Under the pieces are notes generated by a model that saw nothing but the letters and a program-made list of their open reading frames with translations, was not told the origin of the DNA and ran no database searches. Below are positions 56,001 through 64,000 of a stretch of DNA of 64,000 nt, one piece after another. Positions within the stretch are counted from its first letter, which is position 1. Every line of letters begins with the position of its first letter. Source of the DNA: Paramoeba atlantica. Taxonomy: Eukaryota > Protista > Discosea. The stretch covers positions 62,001 through 126,000 of the forward strand of contig CDRNVI010000023.1 of assembly GCA_977017575.1 (NCBI GenBank), given 5' to 3'. Both the position numbers and the translations under genes were made by a program.

Positions 56001-57453
56001 TCTCGGTGTCTAATATGTTTTCATTTCGAGATCTATTCCTCTGTGAGTTCAGGATCGTGCTGTCATTCGGCCCGTGGGTCTGCCGTGGTCCGCCCCGCGG
56101 TGGGAGAGTCTGGGTAAGCGTCTGTGTGTTACTTTCAGTTCCGAAGGTTGGCGCTGGTTCCGAGGTTACGTTGTTCACCGGTGGATGTGCTGGTTGTCGT
56201 GGAGACTGATTGATGCGGGTTTCTTCGGAGGCATTTGTGGAGCGTCTTTCGTGGCGCTGATCTCGTGGTGAACTCCGTGCGGCGCCTATTTTGGTTTCTA
56301 CCTGTCTTTGGGGCTCAAAAGATACGGATCTTTCGCTGTGACCAGCAGGTGCTTGTCCGTTTGTCTCGTTGTTAGACAGATTCCACGAGAAGAGGTTGCG
56401 TAGGCTCCAGCGGGTGGGTTCCTGCCGAGCGTCCTGAGGGCGGCTGAGTACTCCCTCCTTACAACATTGGTGTTTGCATTCGGCCTTGTTGCGGCATACG
56501 TACTTGCAGGGCCTGCGCGAGAGTTCTTGTTCTTCCGACGTTGTTATGTGATGCAGATTTCTGTCTGGCGGTGTCTGAGTGCGTGGGGCGGGTGAGGGAG
56601 GGGTGGCAATTACTGTTGTTTCTTCGTTTAGGGATTCAAGTCTTCTAGGGTCGATCTTTACCCCAATCTTGCAACACATGTGCTTACATTGTTGCTTGTT
56701 TTGGCAAATGTGTTTACATGATCGTCGAGGTGTCGCGCATGTGCTAGACGTTTGTTCATCTCGAAGCCATGGTGTAGCATCAGGCCTGGCATCAGACTTT
56801 TGGATTGCACTATCTGCTCTCTGCATATCTGGGTGAGGTGAGGGGTGGTCCATAGGTTCGGGGTCAATACTGATCTTGCAACATTGGTGGAAGCATATGC
56901 GCTTGTTCAAAAATCGATGAGAACACGGTTGAGTACGGCTGGGTCGAGCTTCGTGGTTGGGGGTTGGTTCGTCCGTTGTACGAGGCAGCGGATGACTTCT
57001 GTTTGGTGCATGGCCACCCGGTTCCTCTGGACGATTGTTGGTGAGCTCGGGTTCCATCCCAACTTTGCAACACGGGTGGAGACAGGTGCGTTTATTCGAG
57101 CAGCGGTGGGCACAAGGTTGTTGCCGCACTGTCCGCGTTCCTTGTGCCGCCGCCTGATTGGGCTTCCGGATCAGGAAAGGTTCGCCGTACTCAATCCTAG
57201 TTCTTTCCCAAGAGCCTTCATCGTGTACTTCCTTAGTGTGGACGTGGGTTAGGTCGAACGCCGCAAGTCCCGAGATGTTGTTCCCAGCCAGTTTCTTCTT
57301 GATGGCGCGTCCAAGGGTTCCAGGACAAGAGTACTGTTTATCTAGCTGTAGAGATGCGTCTGCGTGTGCTGTCGCCCAGCTAGTGTGCCGGAATATCCTG
57401 TGTGGCGGTGCAATTTCGCGGAATACGAAATGTTCGCATGCTTCCTCGTTCAT
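53053..57453 (-). CDS. Single long retrotransposon ORF (~1466 codons) split by one in-frame TAG at 55507-55509
   Basis: Manual translation across 55507-55332 stays in frame: DRFQRNP*TAAGECLDK...IETFFQES...AMEWEAID. Confidence 0.8.
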
Positions 57454-57655
57454 TACGTCTTGTAAAGTGCATTTTTCTACTAATATACCATCAGACCGCT
57501 TTGCTCCTGTTTCAAGGGTTCGTGCTAAGGAAAGTTCCGCTGAAATTTCGGCATTGAAGGGGACCTCGAGGGAGGTCGCCTTGCGCCTGGGGGGCAGAGG
57601 TAGTGGTGTGGAGTGACATGCCCCTGTAGGGGTGACAACAGTTAGTACAAAAGAT

Positions 57656-57691
57656 CAACAAGGTACAGAAACTGTATCTTTATGCGTGGTT
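57656..57691 (-). other. Spliced-leader exon-like sequence
   Basis: AACCACGCATAAAGATACAGTTTCTGTACCTTGTTG, followed by ATCTTTTG rather than a GT donor. Confidence 0.75.
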
Positions 57692-58561
57692 GTGTGCCTA
57701 AAGACGTACAGGAGTATATCTAGGGGACTTCCGGAGATATTTGTAAGCCAGGTGCGAAGTTTGTGTTGGAGACTCTTAAGCAGTATCTTCCCTTGTTAAG
57801 CGCCGGGATTCAGTGTCATGCCAACGAAGAGAGTAGCTGTCCACAGTACACTTCCGCACTAAGCCATGTAACGTAGCCTTATCTCGCTTCTTAACAGTAG
57901 TCTATACTGTGCGACTGCAACTAACATCCCTTTCGATACTTGTAATGGTTGCCATGTAGAAGGATTGAAGAACGGCCTTCGATACCCATCTTAGAAGTTG
58001 TCGTTTCCATTTAAAAGCAGTCACTCGGCTGACCGTACACAGGGACGGCTGACCGTACACAGGCTATACTAGACATTTCAACCCTCTGACACAGCTTAAT
58101 CCGGAACATGAATTTCGTCTTCGCCATCTTCGGCTTACCCGAAAAATAAGGAGTAAAACTGCTTAATCGCTCTCGACACTTTGCGTTTCCATTCCTTCCC
58201 CAAAATACCGGTCGAACAAAAAAATTGACATTTTTTAAATTTGGTCCTTCGAGCTCGAAAAAAAAGTCGGACCAATATTTATGTGGAGTAGAATTATTGG
58301 AGCCAAATTTTTCGTGCATTGAAACAAAAAAAATTATCTTCCTGGCCTCCCTCGAGGTTTGACATCGTTATTAGATTTTTCGTTTTCCAGAAAACGAAGG
58401 ACCGTACTTTCAGATTTTTTGCTTCGTGTGTTGTTCCAGTAGCCCACAACACTTGCGACCTTTCATGTCTCACACAATTGTGTGAATCAAAATGAAGCAA
58501 AATCACTCGCTTTGTTGGTCGGGGAAAAATGCATTTTTTACGTTGCAGCCTTTCAACCTTA

Positions 58562-60003
58562 CCGTCACCCCCCCTCACTTGTCCTACCACGTTGCATATC
58601 CGCTTTTGAGAATCTGAAGGCGGATAAGTCATGTGGTAGCCCCTCTGCCCTTGATCATTTTTGAAAATTTAGTTTTCGTATTTTTAAGTTGCAGATATTT
58701 AATAGAAACCAGTTACGACTATCTCTACAAAGTACGACACTCAGTCTACAGATATTATCTCTTTAAAAATTATTTGAATCATGATGTCCAGAAAGAAGCG
58801 AAACTACGAACCATTCAACGCTAGTCAAGTACTAGTACTCATCACTTTGAAAACTGAAAACACAGCGGTAATGCCCCATGTGGGAGACACGTCTGGAAAT
58901 ATCAGAAAGATCAGAAACTGTTTTATTAAAAATGATAGCTGTATTATAAATCAGAATAAACTTAAATTGTATTTTCCGTTTTAGCGTTATACGCCTTCCT
59001 ATCTTTCATAAAATCTATATTCGCGCACTTTTTGTTTACTTGGGTTTGTTTACATGCTTTAATTCAGTTGATAATTGTTTTTCCCTTGCAAACACCATTT
59101 GTATTCATATACAATGTATTTAATCTATTAGTTCGTGGGCTCATGTTACCGGTGACACACTTTTTAGCGTAATTAAAATGTACGTTCATTTCAAGTCAAG
59201 AATCACGTTATATCACGCTATATTCGGAAAGCGATAAAGTTACCGTTTCTGTAAAGAAAACTACTTCCTCTGAAAGTTAGGCACAAATGATGCGAGATGG
59301 GGAAGTAAGGTTGGAACCTCCTCGTGGTCTTCCCTGGCACTGCCATCTCGCTGATGGTACTGACGCCGACCTAATAAAGGGGGGGCTCGTTTATTGTTAA
59401 CATTTTTTTCGAGTATTTTTCGCCAACAAAAATCGAATATTAACAATAATCGAACTTTTACCCCCCAATGTTAACATTATACGAGTTGCAATGAAAGTTC
59501 GAATATTGTTAATTTGGGTATTTCGGCACTCTCTGGAGGTCACTGAAGGTCATTGCAATCGCCGGAGCTACTAACGACTCTCCAATGATACATCTTTAGG
59601 GAACTATGTAGTTTTCAAATCCAGTTTCACCCAAAACTGTGTCTCTGGGGGTTGCCATCGTCGGGCGACCGAAACTCTGTTGTTTCAATAACATTGTTTC
59701 GCATATCGTTAAGCGCACCATTTTTCTTATCAAGAACGCTATACAACATGACCATAGGGAACAAAAAAATTCAAAAGTCACACGAAAAAACCGAAATTAA
59801 TTCATTGTTAACAATAATCGAATGTTAACAATAAACGAGCCCCCCCTTTAAGTTCGAAAAAGAGTTTTTTCATGTATACGGATGTATACAAAAATGTGTC
59901 ATACAGTTCCTCTTGATGCTACGTGACTTGTCCTACCACGCGACTTATCCGCCTTTTCCGCTTTTTTGGCCTTTTCGCCGGGACAAGTGAGGGGGGGTGA
60001 CGG
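58562..60003. mobile_element. Non-autonomous Tc1/mariner-type element, 23-bp perfect TIRs, TA TSD
   Basis: TA|CCGTCA-C7-TCACTTGTCC ... GGACAAGTGA-G7-TGACGG|TA, with subterminal CTACCAC..GACTTATCCGCC inverted repeats. Confidence 0.9.
59377..59848. mobile_element. Nested MITE, 472 bp, 28-bp perfect TIRs, TA TSD
   Basis: TA|AAGGGGGGGCTCGTTTATTGTTAACATT ... AATGTTAACAATAAACGAGCCCCCCCTT|TA. Confidence 0.88.
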
Positions 60004-60125
60004 TACTATGTTTATCCACGTACACACGGAATTTCATCTCCATTTAGGAAAAATTCGTAATGTTCATGCTATTTCAGGGAATGAAGTTTCTTAGCGATTT
60101 TCAACTCTATTTTCTGTAGTGAGCA

Positions 60126-62084
60126 ATGATCCCTGACATTGATTGCATCCTCTTGGTGAGTATTCTGTTGTGCGCCCTCTTTACATATCTGAGGACGCAT
60201 GCCAAAAATCAGCTGACTATGCAGCTTGAGCTTCTACTAGTGTTATGTCTCCATTTAGCATTTTATCTTGTGATCTGTTTGACAAGGAGTTTGCTTAAAT
60301 TTATTCGATCGTTCTTTCAAGGCCATTCGTACGAACTTCGGGCAATCATTCTTGTGATCTTCGCGGGCTTATTATCCCTCTCTGGTAAACGTGTGCAACA
60401 TTCTGCTCACTTAGCTCGTGCGGATGTCTCTGCTACGTTGTCAGATATACCCTATCACGTCTGTGGAACGCGTGACGCGTTTCCTGTACCCTGGAAAGGC
60501 ATGCTCCCGTCTCGAGCTCTTAACTTTTTTATGGGTGACCAAAATTGTCAAGTGTCACACTTTAAGAGCACTGTAGATATTCGTTGTTATTCTTATAACG
60601 TATCCGAATCACTTCGCGCATGTAGAAACCAAACCACGTGTTTTCCTGTGCTCTCGGTACAATGTACAGCTGGTCGGGGACAAGTTACAGATTGGTCAAC
60701 CCACCGGAAGGCTATCCGGGAAAATAGTTACGATACCTTTGCTGTGAGGCAAGGAAAAAAAGTTTCGCTAACGCCCATATTGCGACAATTTGAAAACATT
60801 ACAGAATTTACAATGAACATCCCTCGAGGTATCGAAAATGTCGTAGTGAAATGCGGGGACGAAACTCGGAGGCACATCTTCTTTAATCGATTTTTAGATC
60901 ACCGCATTTGTCATTCAACTTTTGCTTCGACGGCCAACGGCACTCAGTCGCTTGCACGTGAAGTCGACCAAGTTTCAACGAAACGCCCGAAATCTCCTCA
61001 ATCTACCCCGAATGTTCTTCTTGTAATTCTTGATGCCATGTCACGGCCGTTTTTTAACAGAGCTTTGCCAAAGACCAAAAAACTGTTACAAACATGGCGC
61101 AGGGAATTTCAACACCCCTCTCGAGGAAACGGTACCCCAACCTACACAGAGCCGGGTCCCGCGACAAACAGCAACCACACCGCTGCTCCCTTCCACGTGC
61201 TTGAATTTCTGCGTTATCATATTGTGGGAATGTCCACCACAGGGAACATGGTCCCCATGTTCACTGGCTACCCAACCCCAGCGGATGCCATCCCGGGATA
61301 CAACAATGGGACCTATTTGTCCTCGATTGCGAAAACCTCTGGGTATTACAGCGCGTTGCTCCACGGTATGTGTGCCCCCCACATCCCAGAGCTCTCCCAT
61401 GTCGGCAACGGATCCCTCGGGTGGGACGTGCCCGATGCGCACGAGAATTTCTGTCTTGCTGAATATCCCGAAACGGAGGGGAATTTTATTGGGCCCTATT
61501 CCCTCACAAAACGTTGCGTGACGGATCGTCACGTGCATGAGCACCTGATGAAATACACACGCGATCTGTGGGATACCATCCCGGCCGATCAGCCGAAATT
61601 TATTACCGCTGTGTTTCTGGAACCCCATGAGGGGACACAGGAAGTCGCGACGTTAATGGACCAGGATCTGGTCGATTTTCTACGTGACGCGCGGTTTCAA
61701 GACGGGAACACGCTTTTGGTGCTCATGTCGGATCACGGTCATCACATGGGGCCGTATTTTGAGTACACCACCGCTGGTCGATTGGAGCATATGATGCCGT
61801 TTGCGACACTGTTGGTACCTCACTGCCTCCTCGGGCACCACAGCCCTATTTTGGACCAACTTCGACGATATGAACGAGAAATAGTTACCCCGTATGATTT
61901 CTACCTTACGTTGGTAGATTTATTTAGATACGCAGGGAACCGTACAGTGGAGAGATTGACAGTGAGCCACACCCCATCAGGGGCTCAGTCCTTGTTGCAG
62001 CCAAAAGGGTGTGTGAACCGAAGTTGTGCACAGGCCGCGGTCCCAGAAAACTATTGTCCAAAGCGTCTGTGCTACGAGGAATAG
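60126..62084 (+). CDS. DUF229-like, alkaline phosphatase/sulfatase-superfamily membrane protein
   Basis: Hydrophobic N-terminus, PNVLLVILDAMSRPFFNRALPKT, LVLMSDHG, LEHMMPF and TPYDFYLTL. Confidence 0.8.
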   Translation: MIPDIDCILLVSILLCALFTYLRTHAKNQLTMQLELLLVLCLHLAFYLVICLTRSLLKFIRSFFQGHSYELRAIILVIFAGLLSLSGKRVQHSAHLARADVSATLSDIPYHVCGTRDAFPVPWKGMLPSRALNFFMGDQNCQVSHFKSTVDIRCYSYNVSESLRACRNQTTCFPVLSVQCTAGRGQVTDWSTHRKAIRENSYDTFAVRQGKKVSLTPILRQFENITEFTMNIPRGIENVVVKCGDETRRHIFFNRFLDHRICHSTFASTANGTQSLAREVDQVSTKRPKSPQSTPNVLLVILDAMSRPFFNRALPKTKKLLQTWRREFQHPSRGNGTPTYTEPGPATNSNHTAAPFHVLEFLRYHIVGMSTTGNMVPMFTGYPTPADAIPGYNNGTYLSSIAKTSGYYSALLHGMCAPHIPELSHVGNGSLGWDVPDAHENFCLAEYPETEGNFIGPYSLTKRCVTDRHVHEHLMKYTRDLWDTIPADQPKFITAVFLEPHEGTQEVATLMDQDLVDFLRDARFQDGNTLLVLMSDHGHHMGPYFEYTTAGRLEHMMPFATLLVPHCLLGHHSPILDQLRRYEREIVTPYDFYLTLVDLFRYAGNRTVERLTVSHTPSGAQSLLQPKGCVNRSCAQAAVPENYCPKRLCYEE

Positions 62085-62434
62085 GAATATTACATCTCCG
62101 TGACGAGATGTAGTACCTTGCCTGTCCATTTTGACACGCTTTAACACAGCATGTAAACAGCGTGAGTAGTAAGGAAGCGTTCAGCACCGGGAAAAACGCT
62201 TCTATTCATCATCATGGCTCCTAGTGTTTATTGGGATATCTACATCAATCATAGATTGTAGAGGATCGATCTGTGGGCCACTTGCCCGCGTGGTAAAATA
62301 GTTTTTGTCTCGGTTCTTGGTCTCCGTCTCAGATTTTTTTTGAGCCCATGTTTGCGTTTTTCTACCCAAGCCGCTGTTTCGCGTTGTTTTGCAGTGGCTC
62401 TCCCTCTTTCGCGATGTTTCGGCAAAATGCAGTA

Positions 62435-62764
62435 CTCCCCCTCTCATTAATAATTATAAACCTCCAAAAATCATTAAAGGGATCGCTTATAGAAATTTAA
62501 TGAGATTATAATTCTAAGTCTCACTTTTATAAATCTCAAATTCTTCATTTTTTATCTAGAAAGACACCTGTACCACATCCAGGTAGTGTATTTTGCACTA
62601 AAAATTGCTTCCAAGTTGAACGAAATGTCTCGAAAATCAAGAATTTGAAGTCCATAATAAGAAAAAATCACTTACCGAATCTCATTAATAATTATAAACT
62701 ATAATTATAATTATAATTATAAACGAAAAAGGTTTATACATTATAATTATTAATGAGAGGAGGG
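62435..62764. mobile_element. AT-rich MITE, 330 bp, TA TSD
   Basis: TA|CTCCCCCTCTCATTAATAATTATAA ... TTATAATTATTAATGAGAGGAGGG|TA. Confidence 0.8.
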
Positions 62765-62853
62765 TAGCCTCTTAATTATAAAGAGTTTCGTATTTTATAT
62801 ACGAACCGTATATTTTATATACGGTCCAGTTTACCATACCAATACCCCCGTAA

Positions 62854-63768
62854 TTGCGGTGGTTGTAAAACTACCGCTCTACACTCGATTATTGAAAAAA
62901 AAGTGAACAAAAACAGTGAAAATATAAAGAGGAACACAGTAATATAATAGAAGAAAAAAATATAAAAGGGGGCTCCGGTGGACCAAAACTGAAAAAAAAA
63001 TTTGAAAAAAATGGGGGGTCCAGGGGGGGGTCCAGGGGGGGGTCCAGGGGGGGGGGTCCAGGGGGGGGGGCATGGTCGAGCAAATTTTTTCGAAAAAATT
63101 AGTTTTCGAAAAAAAACCGCAGAAAGGGTAGCCGGGGTCTTGGCGCGCATTTTCCACCCCCTACCCCGGGGTGACCCCCCCGCGTATCCGCATGACGGGT
63201 CCGCCAAGTTCGGATTTTTTCGGAAAAAACATTTTGAAAAAAAATTCAACTTGGCGAAAAAAATGACAAAAAAAATATTTTTCCAAAATCGTTTCCCCTA
63301 TTGTATTTCGATAGTTTGGGACCTACACTAGCTTTCTCCGCAGTTGTTTTCGCAAGGTATCACTTCTTCGAACCGTGGTGCGCCCCTCAAAATGACCCAA
63401 TTTTGACTAAAAAAGGTGAAAAAGTATTTTTCGGACCTAAAGGGGCATTTTTGTGTCGAACGAATGGTATGGTTGGAGTCGTATTCTCTACCCAATACGT
63501 GCGGTAGGCTTTCATTCATGCCTGCGAGTGATTTCCCACGCGCAAATGTCGGATTTAGTGCTCTGAGAGCAAAAATATGCGAAAATGACCCCATTTGTAC
63601 CCGAAATTCGGCTATTTTTGGCTATAATCTTTCCGTTTTCCAGGCTAAATTTTCTTTTTTTAGGCTCTTCGTTAAACGCGGCGGTAGTTTTCAACGCGAA
63701 GCGCGCAGCATGAGTGACTTCTAAGTTGAAAGCAACCACCGCGTTTAACGAAGAGCCTAAAAAAGAAA
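62854..63768 (+). mobile_element. Repeat family A, complete copy (~915 bp)
   Basis: Runs from TTGCGGTGGTTGTAAAACTACCGC to the terminal palindrome ending GAAGAGCCTAAAAAAGAAA. Contains internal GGGGGGGTCCA repeats. Confidence 0.9.
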
Positions 63769-64000
63769 TATACCGGGGGGTATATTACGGTGTCCACTCA
63801 GGCTTAATATACCTCCCTCTGACACAAATGCCCAACATCCGAGAAATGGCCTAGCGAAAAGAGTATTTGTAGAAAAAGTAAGGACATTTTTTTGCGTTTT
63901 TGGGCCTAAACAGGACTTTTCTTTGATTTTATAGACACTTTTAGGGAGAAACCGCGCCGCGAAGGGGCGCGATTTCTTTTGTGGAAATTTTGGATTTAAT

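Larger units (their letters stand above)
52926..57691 (-). mobile_element. HERO-clade-like non-LTR retrotransposon (RT plus restriction-like endonuclease), near full length, SL-like head
   Basis: RT motifs (NWRPISLTS, QKGF, FDLKNAFGSLPH, GVLQGDTLSPVLF, AFADD), a CCHC knuckle (CPIC...HVLTGC), GRYTFRHN, LRPDG, LELTSPWEE and HERKMQKY. Confidence 0.88.

Noticed and set aside
57656-57691. Functional SL RNA gene (also considered for 19922-19955)
   Set aside because: The exon-like sequence is followed by ATC rather than a GT donor, and no tandem SL array is present.
62815-63739. Short ORFs within family A copies (also at 18.3, 21.0-22.0 and 26.5-27.4 kb)
   Set aside because: Low-complexity F/K/P-rich translations of a non-coding repeat, not frame-conserved between copies.

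Overview
Eukaryotic, intron-free and very rich in transposable elements. All recognisable host genes lie on the + strand without introns: an SR45/RNPS1-like protein, an RRM+CCCH protein, a UCH, a beta-adaptin, an EngB-like GTPase, CCT8, a TRIP4/ASC-1-like protein, a class-3 lipase-like protein, a DUF229 protein and five LRR genes plus one disrupted copy. Together with spliced-leader (SL)-like sequences, this points to a kinetoplastid directional gene cluster; a Perkinsela-like organism is an inference from the LRR family. Between the genes sits a nested mobilome: hAT, two Tc1/IS630-like, pogo remnants, two Merlin remnants, TA-, TAA- and 8-bp-TSD MITEs, a hairpin-ended ~0.9-kb repeat (family A), a CRE fragment and a near-complete HERO-like RT+REL retrotransposon. 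Main observations: (1) a ~0.6-kb non-coding insert starts at SL position +5, interrupts the 3' end of an IS30 transposase, and shares a 3' motif and covarying hairpin with the HERO-like element, which itself has an SL-like head. This is a candidate SL-capped LINE/SINE system. (2) A bacterial-type IS30 (DD33E) transposase sits in a TIR element with tandem subterminal repeat arrays, nested inside a host repeat. (3) Sharp C-rich to G-rich skew-flip islands occur inside housekeeping ORFs. All family assignments come from motifs recognised by eye; no database search was run.
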